A stretch of DNA of 47,991 bases from an uncultured Methylococcaceae bacterium (GCA_903905335.1 CAIVGC010000047.1:1-47991), one strand, 5' to 3'; positions 10,561-21,185 are shown, numbered from the stretch's first letter. The notes: generated by a model not told the origin, from the sequence alone. Numbers and translations: made by a program.

Positions 10561-11621
10561 TTATCATGGCCGGAGGAACCGGCGGTCATGTTTTTCCAGC
10601 ACTAGCGGTAGCAGAGTTCTTGAAAGAACAGGGCTGGCAGGTTAGTTGGTTGGGGACACATAAAGGACTAGAAAGTCGAGTAGTGCCAGAAAGTGGTATC
10701 GAAATCGATTGGCTGTCGATTGCTGGTATTCGAGGTAAAGGTTTAGTCTCAAAATTAACAGCCATAGCTATGTTGTGTAAAGCATGTTTTCAGGCTAATA
10801 AAATATTACGTAAGCGTAAACCAGATGTCGTGTTGGGTATGGGCGGCTATGTTGCTGGTCCAGGTGGTTTGATGGCAAGGCTATTAGGAATACCCCTAGT
10901 AATTCATGAACAAAATAGAATTCCAGGTACAACAAATCGCTTACTTGCTAGGATTTCTAATCAAGTATTACAAGCTTTTCCGAACAGTTTTAGTATGAAA
11001 CTGAATGCAAAACACACTGGAAATCCGCTAAGAAATCACTTTATATCTGCTTCAGGATTGGAGCGTAGGCAAATAGAAAAGGAAGTTAGAATCTTGATTG
11101 TAGGTGGCAGTCAAGGTGCACAAATTTTAAATAATATAGTACCTGAAGCCATTGCTGAGTTTATAACTTTAAATGATAAATCAAGTTCAGTAACAATTGT
11201 GCATCAAACCGGTAATGAACAGTTATCACAAGTTAAAAATCGATATGATGCCTTAGGAATTCAAGCAATAGCATCTGTTTTTATTGAAGATATGGTTGAG
11301 GCTTATCAATGGGCTGATTTGGTAATTTGTAGAGCAGGGGCCATGACAGTTAGTGAGGCTTCGGCTATGGGATTACCGGCTATATTTATACCATTACCAA
11401 CGGCGATTGATGATCATCAAACAGCTAATGCACGTTATTTATCCGAAAATGGAGCGGCATTACTTTTAATGCAGCGTGATTTAAATCCAGAAAAGTTAGC
11501 TGAGTACATAATAGAAATACTTAAAAATGCCAGTGAAATGCAAATTGCAACGAAACGTCTGGCACGATTAGATGCGACATCTCTTGTTGCAAATTATTGC
11601 AGCGCTGAGGCCGAACTATGA
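10545..11621 (+). CDS. murG: lipid II synthase MurG
   Basis: [34 protein letters not shown]. Confidence 0.97.
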   Translation: MGKRIVIMAGGTGGHVFPALAVAEFLKEQGWQVSWLGTHKGLESRVVPESGIEIDWLSIAGIRGKGLVSKLTAIAMLCKACFQANKILRKRKPDVVLGMGGYVAGPGGLMARLLGIPLVIHEQNRIPGTTNRLLARISNQVLQAFPNSFSMKLNAKHTGNPLRNHFISASGLERRQIEKEVRILIVGGSQGAQILNNIVPEAIAEFITLNDKSSSVTIVHQTGNEQLSQVKNRYDALGIQAIASVFIEDMVEAYQWADLVICRAGAMTVSEASAMGLPAIFIPLPTAIDDHQTANARYLSENGAALLLMQRDLNPEKLAEYIIEILKNASEMQIATKRLARLDATSLVANYCSAEAEL

Positions 11622-13084
11622 AAACTCCAAATAGTGTACATATTGCTTCAACGCTAGGTAATATTAAGCGTATACATTTTGTTGGTATAGGGGGTACTGG
11701 CATGAGTGGTATCGCTGAAGTTTTATCGAATTTAGGGTATACCATTTCAGGTTCTGATATCAAAGAGAGTGCGGTTACTCAAAGACTTGTTGAATTAGGA
11801 CTTATTATTACCATCGGTCATCGTCGTGAAAATGTCACTAATGTTGATGTGGTGGTCGCGTCAACAGCAATTGATCGTAGTAATGAAGAAATAGATCAAG
11901 CCTATTTAAATAGAATCCCTGTGATTCCAAGGGCTGAAATGTTAGCTGAGTTGATGCGCTTTCGATTTGGGATAGCTGTAGCAGGTACTCATGGGAAAAC
12001 CACTACGACTAGCCTGACCGCCAGTATGATGGCTGAGGGCGGGCTTGACCCTACTTTTGTTATTGGCGGTCGTTTAAATAGTGCGGGTAGTAATGCAAAA
12101 TTAGGATTGGGAAATTATTTGGTTGCTGAGGCCGATGAAAGTGATGCCTCATTTTTATACCTACAGCCTATGATAGCGGTGGTCACCAATATAGACCAAG
12201 ACCACATGGAAACCTATCAGAACAGTTATCAGCGTTTAAAAGAAACTTTTTTAGAATTCTTACATCACCTGCCTTTTTATGGGTTAGCAGTAATGTGCTT
12301 GGATGATGAAGGTGTAAGGGAAATTTTGCCTCAATTATCTAAGCCAGTCATTACTTATGGTGTTCATGAAGATTCAGATATTAGAGCAGTAGACATTAAG
12401 CAGATAGGAATGCATTCAATATTTACTGTTAATCGTTGGGAAGAATATCCTCCTTTGACGGTGACCTTAAATATGCCTGGCTGGCATAACATACTGAATT
12501 CACTGGCTGCTATTGCCGTCGCGACCAAACTTGGCGTTAGTGATGATGCCATTATTAGAAGTTTAGCGTCATTTAAAGGAGTAGGTCGACGATTTCAAAT
12601 TCAAGGTGATCTTGCTCTCGAACATGGCAAGCTGACTTTAGTTGATGATTATGGACATCATCCGCGCGAAATAGCCGCTACTTTGGAAGCAATGCGCCAA
12701 GCTTGGCCTACACGACGATCAGTTGTTATTTTTCAGCCACATAGATATACGCGTACACGTGATTTATTCGAAGATTTTGTATCAGTATTGTCTACTGTTG
12801 ATGTTTTAATTTTACTGGATGTTTATTCAGCCGGTGAGTCTGTTATTACTGGAGCTGATGGCAGAGCATTAAGTCGAGCTATTCGAATGCGTGGTCAAGT
12901 TGATCCTGTTTTTGTCGATGACTGGACGGATTTAGCTAAAATATTAGCAGGATTAGTCAAGCCAGATGATGTCATCATGACAATGGGCGCCGGTAATGTT
13001 GGACATATCGCTACTCAATTGCCGGAATTGTTGGCAGATGAATTAGCACAAAGAATTAAATCTACTTCAAACCGATCAGCATGA
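11618..13084 (+). CDS. murC: UDP-MurNAc--L-Ala ligase MurC
   Basis: [37 protein letters not shown]. Confidence 0.97.
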   Translation: MKTPNSVHIASTLGNIKRIHFVGIGGTGMSGIAEVLSNLGYTISGSDIKESAVTQRLVELGLIITIGHRRENVTNVDVVVASTAIDRSNEEIDQAYLNRIPVIPRAEMLAELMRFRFGIAVAGTHGKTTTTSLTASMMAEGGLDPTFVIGGRLNSAGSNAKLGLGNYLVAEADESDASFLYLQPMIAVVTNIDQDHMETYQNSYQRLKETFLEFLHHLPFYGLAVMCLDDEGVREILPQLSKPVITYGVHEDSDIRAVDIKQIGMHSIFTVNRWEEYPPLTVTLNMPGWHNILNSLAAIAVATKLGVSDDAIIRSLASFKGVGRRFQIQGDLALEHGKLTLVDDYGHHPREIAATLEAMRQAWPTRRSVVIFQPHRYTRTRDLFEDFVSVLSTVDVLILLDVYSAGESVITGADGRALSRAIRMRGQVDPVFVDDWTDLAKILAGLVKPDDVIMTMGAGNVGHIATQLPELLADELAQRIKSTSNRSA

Positions 13085-14892
13085 AAGGTAAGTTATTACT
13101 TAATGAAAGGTTAACTAAATACACGAGTTGGCGGGTAGGTGGTTGTGCTGAAAAGCTATATATTCCCTATGATAAACAAGATTTATGCGCATTTATTACT
13201 TCCTTGCCGGAAGCTGAACCCCTATTTTGGATGGGCTTAGGCAGTAATTTATTAGTTAGGGATGGCGGCATATCCGGCACAGTTATTAATACTAAAGGTC
13301 GCTTGAAGGATATGAGGCTGATAGAGGAATGCATCGTCTATGTAGAAGCTGGAGTTCCATGTGCTCATGTTGCACGGTTATGTGCAGAACAGGGGTTAAT
13401 TGGAGCAGAGTTTTTAGCTGGGATACCTGGAACTATGGGTGGCGCTCTAAAAATGAATGCAGGCGCTTTTGGCGGAGAGACTTGGAGTATCGTTAAACAG
13501 GTAGAAACGATCAATAGTTTTGGTCAAGTAAATAATCGCTATCCTGCTGATTTTAATGTGAGTTATCGTTCTGTACAAAGTGCGAATCAAGAATGGTTTT
13601 TAAGCTGCCATTTACAATTACAATCAGGTGATATAGTCACGAGTCAGAAAAAAATAAAGTCTTTGTTAGAGCATAGAGCTAATACTCAGCCTACCAATCA
13701 ACCAAGTTGTGGATCAGTATTTAAAAATCCCGAAGGTGATTATGCGGCAAGATTAATTGAGGAAGTAGGCTTGAAAGGTTTTGCAATTGGTGGTGCTAGC
13801 GTGTCTGAGAAACATGCTAATTTTATAGTAAATACTGGCAGTGCTAGTGCCGCAGACATTGAAGATTTAATTTATTTTGTACAAAAACAAGTAAAGGAAC
13901 AGTTAGGTGTTGAATTGCAAACAGAAGTTTGTATGGTAGGTCAGCGATTGAAGGGCATACAAATAAATGATTCTCAACAAAGTCCTGAAAAATTTGGTCG
14001 AGTAGCTGTATTGATGGGGGGGGATGCTGCAGAGAGACCCGTTTCACTAAAAAGTGGCGCTGCAGTTTATGATGCCTTAAAGCGTAAAGGTGTCGACGCA
14101 ATAGCAATTGATGTTACAGACAGTGTCATTAACGCATTAGCCGAAATAAAAGTTGATCGAGTATTTAATATTATTCATGGCCGAGGCGGAGAAGATGGCG
14201 TGCTACAAGCTGTGCTCCAGGTCATGGGAATACCCTATACCGGCAGTGGTGTGCTGGCCTCAGCATTAACGATGGATAAGCTTCGCACCAAATTATGTTG
14301 GCAGGGTTATGGTTTAGTTACGCCGCAGTGGTTTTTATTGCAGAGCGAGAATGATTTAGATGCTTGTATAGAAAAACTAGGCTTTCCTGTGATTGTTAAA
14401 CCTGCTCAAGAAGGCTCTAGTATAGGGATGAGCAAAGCTAATTCACGTGATGAATTGCATAGAGCATTACAAGATGCATTGGCTTATCGTTGTGATGTTT
14501 ATGCAGAAAGCTGGGTTACTGGTAAAGAATATACCGTTGCACTCTTAAATGGAGAAGCATTACCTGTAATTCGCTTAGAGACTCCAAACGCGTTTTATGA
14601 TTACGAAGCAAAATATAATGCTACAACAACACAATATCATTGCCCTTCGGGTTTAAATGAGCAGCAAGAAACCTTTTTGAAAGCGCTAGCAGTTAAATCT
14701 AGTAAAGTCCTTGGTGTTGAGGGTTGGGCAAGGGTTGATGTGTTTATAGATGAAGCCGGACAATATCAATTGATTGAAATTAATACGGTGCCGGGAATGA
14801 CTGATCATAGTTTGGTACCTATGGCTGCTAAACAGGCAGGTATTGATTTTGATGATTTAGTGTGGCGTGTATTGGAAACTAGTTTAGGGTAA
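13081..14892 (+). CDS. murB-ddl: fused UDP-N-acetylenolpyruvoylglucosamine reductase (MurB) and D-alanine--D-alanine ligase (Ddl)
   Basis: Residues 1 to ~287 are MurB ([35 protein letters not shown]); residues ~300-603 are Ddl ([37 protein letters not shown]); no stop between them. Confidence 0.92.
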   Translation: MKGKLLLNERLTKYTSWRVGGCAEKLYIPYDKQDLCAFITSLPEAEPLFWMGLGSNLLVRDGGISGTVINTKGRLKDMRLIEECIVYVEAGVPCAHVARLCAEQGLIGAEFLAGIPGTMGGALKMNAGAFGGETWSIVKQVETINSFGQVNNRYPADFNVSYRSVQSANQEWFLSCHLQLQSGDIVTSQKKIKSLLEHRANTQPTNQPSCGSVFKNPEGDYAARLIEEVGLKGFAIGGASVSEKHANFIVNTGSASAADIEDLIYFVQKQVKEQLGVELQTEVCMVGQRLKGIQINDSQQSPEKFGRVAVLMGGDAAERPVSLKSGAAVYDALKRKGVDAIAIDVTDSVINALAEIKVDRVFNIIHGRGGEDGVLQAVLQVMGIPYTGSGVLASALTMDKLRTKLCWQGYGLVTPQWFLLQSENDLDACIEKLGFPVIVKPAQEGSSIGMSKANSRDELHRALQDALAYRCDVYAESWVTGKEYTVALLNGEALPVIRLETPNAFYDYEAKYNATTTQYHCPSGLNEQQETFLKALAVKSSKVLGVEGWARVDVFIDEAGQYQLIEINTVPGMTDHSLVPMAAKQAGIDFDDLVWRVLETSLG

Positions 14893-15689
14893 TGAGCAAT
14901 ATTGGCATTAAAGCCTGGATGGCTGGATTTTTTTTGATGAGTCTAGTTGGAATAATAGGTTATGAATTAACAAAAGAGCGATTTAAATCGCAGTCGATTA
15001 AAAGCACTTCATTACCTATTAAGTACGTGCGGATTGAAGGTGAGTTTCAATATCTTAGTAAAGATGATGTAAAAGATATTTTACAACCTTTAGTGAAGAC
15101 CAGTTTTTTTGATGCTGATCTGCAAGCAATACATTTGGCTGTATTGACTTTGCCTTGGGTGGATACAGTAAATATTAAACGAATATGGCCTGATGCCATT
15201 GATATAAAGGTACATGAGAAGCAACCCTTTGCTCGCTGGGGAAAAGAAGGGTTGATTACAGAATCCGGTAATATCTTTATGCCAAATACGAAAGAAGCAT
15301 TTCAGAATTTGATTACTGTGACAGGTCCAGAATTACAACAGATCAAAGTATTAGAGATTATGAAAGGCATTAAAACCGCACTAGCTGATCAATCGATGGA
15401 GTTAGCAGAATTTAATGTCAGTGATCGAGGGGCTTGGGAATTAAAATTAGTCACTGGAATGGAGATATTGCTAGGTCAGAATAATCAATTGAAAAAATTA
15501 AAGCGTTTTTTAAAGACGTTAACAGTGTTAAGCCAAGGGCAGGTGGATGCAATGGCAGTTGTTGACTTAAGGTATCCCAACGGCTATGCAGTTTCATGGC
15601 GGCCAGGAACTATTGAAATTGATTGGAAGGCTTTTGCAAATCCCAATAATGAACAACAACCGCGCGATAAAGCGTTACTGAGTAGATAA
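14892..15689 (+). CDS. ftsQ: cell division protein FtsQ
   Basis: N-terminal TM, POTRA domain (LPWV..V.IKRIWPD), C-terminal VDLRYPNGYAV. Confidence 0.94.
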   Translation: MSNIGIKAWMAGFFLMSLVGIIGYELTKERFKSQSIKSTSLPIKYVRIEGEFQYLSKDDVKDILQPLVKTSFFDADLQAIHLAVLTLPWVDTVNIKRIWPDAIDIKVHEKQPFARWGKEGLITESGNIFMPNTKEAFQNLITVTGPELQQIKVLEIMKGIKTALADQSMELAEFNVSDRGAWELKLVTGMEILLGQNNQLKKLKRFLKTLTVLSQGQVDAMAVVDLRYPNGYAVSWRPGTIEIDWKAFANPNNEQQPRDKALLSR

Positions 15690-15691
15690 AA

Positions 15692-16918
15692 ATGGCAAAG
15701 AAAATAGAGCGTAATTTAATCGTCGGATTGGATATCGGTACGTCAAAAGTTGCGGCTATAGTCGGCGAGCTTGCTAGTGACGGCAGCATTGAAATTATAG
15801 GTATAGGCTCAACACCATCTAGGGGGTTAAAGAAGGGGGTTGTTGTAAATCTAGAATCAACGGTCCAATCTATACAAAAAGCGATAGAAGAGGCAGAGTT
15901 AATGGCAGGCTGTCAAATTAAGTCAGTTTTTGCAGGGATTGCAGGAAGTCATATTCGAAGTTTAAATTCTCATGGCATTGTAGCCATTAGAGATAAAGAA
16001 GTAACTAGGTATGACATCGACAGAGTAATAGACTCTGCTCAAGCAGTGGCTATTCCAGCTGATCAAAAGATTTTACATATCTTGCCCCAGGAATTTGTTA
16101 TTGATTTACAAGACGGTATTAAAGAACCGATTGGTATGTCGGGTATACGTCTAGAAGCAAAAGTACATATGGTAACTGGGAGTGTTAGCGCCTCTCAAAA
16201 CATCATCAAGTGTATACGTCGTTGTGGGCTTGAAGTTGAAGATATCGTTTTAGAACAATTGGCATCCTGTAATTCGGTACTGACCGAAGATGAAAAAGAA
16301 TTAGGAGTTTGCTTAATAGATATTGGTGGCGGAACTACTGATATCGCTATTTTTGTCGAAGGAGCGATTAAGCATACTGCCGTGATTCCGATAGCGGGTG
16401 ATCAAGTGACTAATGACATTGCAGTTGCATTGCGGACTCCGACCATAAATGCAGAAGAAATTAAACGTAAATATGCTTGCGCATTAACTCAATTAGCCAG
16501 TATTGACGGAACGATTGAAGTGCCTAGTATTGGTGATAGAGCCCCACGCAATATTTCTATGCAAAATTTAGCTGAAATTATCGAACCTCGTTATGAGGAG
16601 CTAATGCTTTTAGTTCAGTCTGAACTTAGGCGTAGTGGTAATGAGGAGTTAATTGCCGCAGGCATTGTATTGACTGGAGGTAGTTCAAAAGTTATGGGCT
16701 TAATAGAGTTGGCAGAAGAAATTTTTCATATGCCAGTACGTATGGGTGGTCCACAGAATGTTACAGGTTTAACTGAAGTCGTAAAAAATCCCATACATTC
16801 AACGGGAGTTGGCTTGTTAATGTATGGGAGAGAGCATCAAAATTTAGGTAGAACCAATGATAGTGAAGGTTTGGGTTGGCTTTCGAAGATGAAAAATTGG
16901 TTTCAAGGTAATTTTTAA
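15692..16918 (+). CDS. ftsA: cell division protein FtsA
   Basis: GLDIGTSKV, DIGGGTTD, C-terminal amphipathic helix WLSKMKNWFQGNF. Confidence 0.97.
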   Translation: MAKKIERNLIVGLDIGTSKVAAIVGELASDGSIEIIGIGSTPSRGLKKGVVVNLESTVQSIQKAIEEAELMAGCQIKSVFAGIAGSHIRSLNSHGIVAIRDKEVTRYDIDRVIDSAQAVAIPADQKILHILPQEFVIDLQDGIKEPIGMSGIRLEAKVHMVTGSVSASQNIIKCIRRCGLEVEDIVLEQLASCNSVLTEDEKELGVCLIDIGGGTTDIAIFVEGAIKHTAVIPIAGDQVTNDIAVALRTPTINAEEIKRKYACALTQLASIDGTIEVPSIGDRAPRNISMQNLAEIIEPRYEELMLLVQSELRRSGNEELIAAGIVLTGGSSKVMGLIELAEEIFHMPVRMGGPQNVTGLTEVVKNPIHSTGVGLLMYGREHQNLGRTNDSEGLGWLSKMKNWFQGNF

Positions 16919-16952
16919 TAGTTAGTTATTATTTAATTTAAGGGGTGGTGTC

Positions 16953-18113
16953 ATGAAATATGAATTAGTAGATAGTTATAGTGAAACGGCTGTTATCAAA
17001 GTTATTGGCGTTGGTGGTGGTGGTGGTAATGCAGTTAATCATATGGCCGGTTGTAATATTGATGGCGTTGAGTTTATTTGCGCCAACACTGATGCACAAG
17101 CATTAAGAAAATTATCAGTTGATACCATTATTCAGTTAGGTGTCGACTTGACTAAAGGCTTAGGTGCTGGCACAGATCCAGAAATTGGCCGACATGCCGC
17201 TGAAGAAAATAAAGATCGTATTAAAGAAGTATTGCAAGGAGCAGATATGATTTTTCTAACTGCTGGTATGGGCGGTGGTACAGGAACAGGTGCGATTCCT
17301 GTAATAGCTCAGATCGCAAAAGAAATGGGGATTTTGACAGTAGCCGTCGTTACTAAACCCTTTCTGTTTGAAGGCAAAAAGAAACAAGTCGTTGCAGAGC
17401 AAGGTATTTTAGAATTAGAAAAATATGTAGATTCATTGATCACAATTCCTAATCAGAAGCTATTGCCAGTATTAGGTAATAATGTATCGTTAATAAATGC
17501 ATTCAAAGCTGCTAATGATGTGTTGTTAGATGCAGTGCAAGGTATCACTGAGTTAATTATTCATCCGGGTATGATTAACGTCGATTTTGCCGATGTTAGA
17601 ACGGTTATGTCGGGTATGGGCGCTGCAATTATGGGCGTAGGAACAGCGTCAGGTGAACATCGCGCTCGTGAAGCGGCTGAAAAAGCCATCGCATGTCCAT
17701 TGCTTGAAGATATTAATTTACAAGGTGCCAGAGGCATTCTTGTTAATATTTGTGCCGCAGATATGGGTGTTGCAGAGTTTAATGAAGTTGGTAATATCGT
17801 TCATGAGTTTGCTTCAGAAGATGCGGTTATCAAAATTGGTATGGCTATTGATGCTAGCCTAGGTGATGAAATTAAAGTGACCGTGGTTGCAACTGGTATG
17901 GGACTGCCTCCAGTACAGGTTAAAGCGCCTGTTAAGCTAATGCCTAAATCAATGGCCAATCAGACAAACTACGATGATTTGGAAAAACCAACCGTTATAC
18001 GTAAAGGTGCTAAAACTGAAACCAGAGAAACCCGTTTTGGTGCTCAAGCTAAAAAAGACATAGACTTAGATTATTTAGATATTCCTGCATTTTTAAGAAG
18101 ACAAGCGGATTAA
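16953..18113 (+). CDS. ftsZ: cell division protein FtsZ
   Basis: [18 protein letters not shown] tubulin signature, C-terminal [12 protein letters not shown]. Confidence 0.98.
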   Translation: MKYELVDSYSETAVIKVIGVGGGGGNAVNHMAGCNIDGVEFICANTDAQALRKLSVDTIIQLGVDLTKGLGAGTDPEIGRHAAEENKDRIKEVLQGADMIFLTAGMGGGTGTGAIPVIAQIAKEMGILTVAVVTKPFLFEGKKKQVVAEQGILELEKYVDSLITIPNQKLLPVLGNNVSLINAFKAANDVLLDAVQGITELIIHPGMINVDFADVRTVMSGMGAAIMGVGTASGEHRAREAAEKAIACPLLEDINLQGARGILVNICAADMGVAEFNEVGNIVHEFASEDAVIKIGMAIDASLGDEIKVTVVATGMGLPPVQVKAPVKLMPKSMANQTNYDDLEKPTVIRKGAKTETRETRFGAQAKKDIDLDYLDIPAFLRRQAD

Positions 18114-18127
18114 ATATTATAAATACA

Positions 18128-18198
18128 ACACTCAGTGAATTATTGACATTGAGTGTAGCAATTCCACAAAACATGACTCATAATGTTTTGTGGATTTC
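18128..18198. terminator. tandem hairpins after ftsZ, probable terminator(s) for the convergent ftsZ and porin genes
   Basis: ACACTCAGTG/CATTGAGTGT (18128-18156) and a perfect 12-bp stem TCCACAAAACAT/ATGTTTTGTGGA (18163-18194). Confidence 0.6.
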
Positions 18199-18212
18199 AA
18201 ATTCAAAAAATC

Positions 18213-18246
18213 GTAGGTCAGGTTAGACTATTCCTAACCTGGCCAC
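18213..18246 (+). repeat. GTAG-type REP-like palindrome
   Basis: GTAG tetranucleotide followed by GTCAGGTTAG-7 nt-CTAACCTGGC. Confidence 0.6.
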
Positions 18247-18247
18247 G

Positions 18248-19771
18248 TTAGAATTCAAAATGTACTCGACCATTAAAAATTTCTACCGGTCCACGATCGG
18301 CATTAAAGCCCGGATTAGCTAAATGTTGATAATCTAGTGTTATCCAAGTCGATGGCAGCGCATGCCATTGGTAATATACATCAACGACCTGCTCAGGTTT
18401 ATAATTAATGGCGCCATCTCCAATAAAACCGTCTATACCACCCATACTTAGATACTGTACATGTTCTTGTGAAAGCCAACTTACAGCATAACCCAAGCCG
18501 ATAGAATCTTTTTGTCGTCCCCAGCGTGTGCCTTTCATAATAGAGCCGAAAGACAGTGAGCGATCTGCTGAAGTATAAGAATAAACTTCGGTTTTTCCGT
18601 CAGAATACATACCCCTAAAAAAAGTACCTATATCTTCGGTAATACTCTGCTCCATATTGATACCAATACCCATCTTGATATTGGATTTTCTTGCCCAACA
18701 AAGATCCGGTGCATTAGTATTGGGGTTCTCATAATTAAAAGTCGTACAAGTCGTTGCATTCTTAGTTGAATCGGTCTGAAAGGTTGAGATGGCATCACTG
18801 TAGCTTCCCGATCTTTCTCGGTTTCTATAACCTAATAGCCTAACTGCTCCTGCTAGTCCATAAAGTACATGCTTATGTTCAAGTTCTACTTGATCGCCGT
18901 AGTTATTCCATAAATTAAGATTTCTAGACATCTCATTGGGATCATAGGGGCCTGCAATCCGCGCAAAGCGAAAAGCCCAGCTATCAAAATATAACTCACC
19001 AGCAAAACCTGAGGTATAGCCACGGGCATCGGCAGCAAAATCGTAGGCGGCATTCGTTAAAAAGGCCATGTTTGAGAATTGCCTACGTAAATCACCGGCA
19101 TAGGTATTTTTATCAAATATATCAAGAATACTAAAAGCTCCGGCAGTAAAGACAAAGCGGCGACTAGACACGGTTCCTGCTAATTGCATAGGACCTGAAT
19201 TAACAGCGCTTTCAGTTCCGCCCAAGGAAAAAGTTTGTCTATAAATAGCTCGTGAGGTATACCAGCTAGAGCTTTGGGTACCATTTTTTTGTAATTCGAA
19301 GTTTTGAATACCGCCGCCTATGCCCTTCAGTCCTGAAAAGGGTAATTCTGAAATCATCTCTGGGGCATAATAAAATTCAGCACCTTTCCAAGCTTTAGCA
19401 CCTGTGTAAAAGGTAACTGTTCCCGTAAAGCCTAATTCTGCATTGGGTGATAAGGAGTTAGGCGTGTCATTTAAATTAGTATAAGCCGCAGGAAATGATT
19501 GATGATAGCTGCTTATGTAAGTCCCTTGTGTATAGAGATTCCAACGCTCATCTTCAATATTATGCCAGCCATGATTCGCCAATGCGCCCATCAGCGAAAA
19601 ATCATCATCATTGTTTAAATTGGGATAATTCTCGGCCTGTGCTGTTAGTGATAAGCTAGAGAAAACCAATAGTAAGATTTTAAAATAAGGCTGCCAGTTA
19701 AATGGGTTGGGCTGATTTTTTGTTGCAAACATAACGTAGAAATAGAGGGCGTGGGGAACAGAAAACGTCAT
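18248..19771 (-). CDS. OprB-family carbohydrate porin (MnoP-like high-affinity Mn2+ porin subfamily); true start may be the ATG at 19732
   Basis: Signal peptide ending AQA-E; beta-strand-rich; FDKNTYAGD..RQF.N, AYDFAADARGY and NPGFNADRGPV motifs; C-terminal Phe. Confidence 0.8.
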   Translation of the reverse strand: MTFSVPHALYFYVMFATKNQPNPFNWQPYFKILLLVFSSLSLTAQAENYPNLNNDDDFSLMGALANHGWHNIEDERWNLYTQGTYISSYHQSFPAAYTNLNDTPNSLSPNAELGFTGTVTFYTGAKAWKGAEFYYAPEMISELPFSGLKGIGGGIQNFELQKNGTQSSSWYTSRAIYRQTFSLGGTESAVNSGPMQLAGTVSSRRFVFTAGAFSILDIFDKNTYAGDLRRQFSNMAFLTNAAYDFAADARGYTSGFAGELYFDSWAFRFARIAGPYDPNEMSRNLNLWNNYGDQVELEHKHVLYGLAGAVRLLGYRNRERSGSYSDAISTFQTDSTKNATTCTTFNYENPNTNAPDLCWARKSNIKMGIGINMEQSITEDIGTFFRGMYSDGKTEVYSYTSADRSLSFGSIMKGTRWGRQKDSIGLGYAVSWLSQEHVQYLSMGGIDGFIGDGAINYKPEQVVDVYYQWHALPSTWITLDYQHLANPGFNADRGPVEIFNGRVHFEF

Positions 19772-19934
19772 AGGTAGGTGCGGTTAGGGATTAATAAATA
19801 TTTATTTATAATTTATAACACAACACTATTACAAGGTGGCGAAAAACTTTATGGCTTTTAAGATGTGCGATTAAAGCAGATAACCTAAGGAATAAAGCTA
19901 GAATTTGTCAAAATACGATTTTATGTTGATTGGT

Positions 19935-20403
19935 GAGTGTTACCCAAGCTTTGCTGAGTGTTCAGCGAAGCTTGCATAGCGCCATGACAATCATTAGCTC
20001 AAAAATGCTGGCCTTATTAAGCGTTCTTCTAATCTGAAAGAGCGTTCCTCTAAGCTTGCGGAGTGCTCATGAAGTCTGACAGAGCTCTATAGCCATCTGC
20101 TGAGGGTTCTGCAATGCCCGATCAAGTGCTCAGCAATGCTTGTTGAGGGCTCCGCAAGGCCTGAAGAATCGTTTTGGTACTAGAGGAATACTCAGCAAGA
20201 TCTCAGCAGGACTACTGAAGAGTAAAAAAACACTTAACAAGCACGTATGCGTTCTCAGCAAGACCAGAGAAATGCTCAGCAAGATCTCACTAGGGCTACT
20301 GAAGAATAAAAAAACACTTAACAAGCCCTTATGGTTGCTCAGCAAGATGCGGCTAGCGTTTAGTTATGTTTGCAGAGCACTATTAAAGCATTGGGTAACG
20401 CTC
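19935..20403. repeat. ~470-bp imperfect foldback element with 13-bp terminal inverted repeats and internal 21-bp-periodic units in opposite orientation in the two arms
   Basis: GAGTGTTACCCAA (19935-19947) and TTGGGTAACGCTC (20391-20403); CTTGCTGAG-like cores every 21 bp in the left arm and CTCAGCAAG-like cores every 21 bp in the right arm. Confidence 0.85.
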
Positions 20404-20514
20404 TACTATTAACTGACATTGCTGCATAACGTTAGCTGATCAGTTATCCACTTAAGCGTAGCCATTCACAAGTAGACTAAAATATTGCCAAGTTAATCGT
20501 CATAATTTCTAGTG

Positions 20515-20570
20515 CTGTCACACAACCTTAAAACAACGTTCACATCATTGTCACAGTACAGTTTTATTCT
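20515..20570 (+). promoter_or_regulatory. putative Pho box promoter (PhoB)
   Basis: CTGTCAC (20515), CGTTCAC (20537) and TTGTCAC (20548) on an 11-bp register, then a 10-bp gap and a TATTCT -10 at 20565; downstream run includes a phosphatase and phoH. Confidence 0.65.
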
Positions 20571-20666
20571 TTACTTTGAAGAGCTGTATAAGGACTGTCG
20601 AAAACGCTAGGTATAAAAGAGCTAATTGAGGTCATTGCAGCGCCCTGACGAGTCTAGGAGTAAGCT

Positions 20667-21185
20667 GTGAAACTGTTCGCATCCATTCATAAATATGATG
20701 TTTTTATCTTTACTTGGGTTTTTAATAGGCGTGTACACAGCGCTTTGATAGAGTTTTGTCGCTACCTATCAAAAACGGGCGACGGACTCTTCTATGTCTT
20801 AATTGCTGCCGTTTTGTATGCCTATGAAGGTCCTAGTAGTGGTTGCTTACACGCTATTTTATTGGCTTTTCTAATAGAACGGCCAGTGTACTTGATACTT
20901 AAAAAAGGTTTAAAGCGCAATCGTCCTCAGGCTGCCTTAGAAAACTTCCATAGTGTTATTATTCCCTCTGATCAATTCAGTTTTCCATCTGGGCACACCT
21001 CGGCTGCCTTTATGATGGCAACCTTACTCAGTTATTACTTCCCTCCCTTAATGATGCTGCTTTATGTTTGGGCCTTTTTCGTGGGTTGCTCGCGGGTAGT
21101 ATTGGGTGTGCATTTCCCTACAGATATTTTGGCCGGTTCTTTGTTAGGCATCAGCATTGCTATTTTTAGTCTAGGACAAATATGA
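20667..21185 (+). CDS. PAP2-family membrane phosphatase (GTG start)
   Basis: KxxxKRxRP, FSFPSGH and SRVVLGVHFPTD, the three PAP2 catalytic motifs. Confidence 0.93.
   Translation: MKLFASIHKYDVFIFTWVFNRRVHSALIEFCRYLSKTGDGLFYVLIAAVLYAYEGPSSGCLHAILLAFLIERPVYLILKKGLKRNRPQAALENFHSVIIPSDQFSFPSGHTSAAFMMATLLSYYFPPLMMLLYVWAFFVGCSRVVLGVHFPTDILAGSLLGISIAIFSLGQI

Noticed and set aside
19772-19934. Metal or cobalamin riboswitch upstream of the porin
   Set aside because: No recognisable yybP-ykoY or cobalamin conserved motifs by eye; an Rfam search would be needed
19935-20403. CRISPR array interpretation of the periodic repeat
   Set aside because: Cores are ~9 bp and degenerate, spacers ~12 bp, orientation flips midway, and there are no cas genes in the window
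20130-20412. Overlapping 90-aa and 71-aa ORFs as annotated genes
   Set aside because: Both lie inside the repeat, have no clear ribosome-binding site and can be explained by the 21-bp period; kept only as a hypothesis in findings
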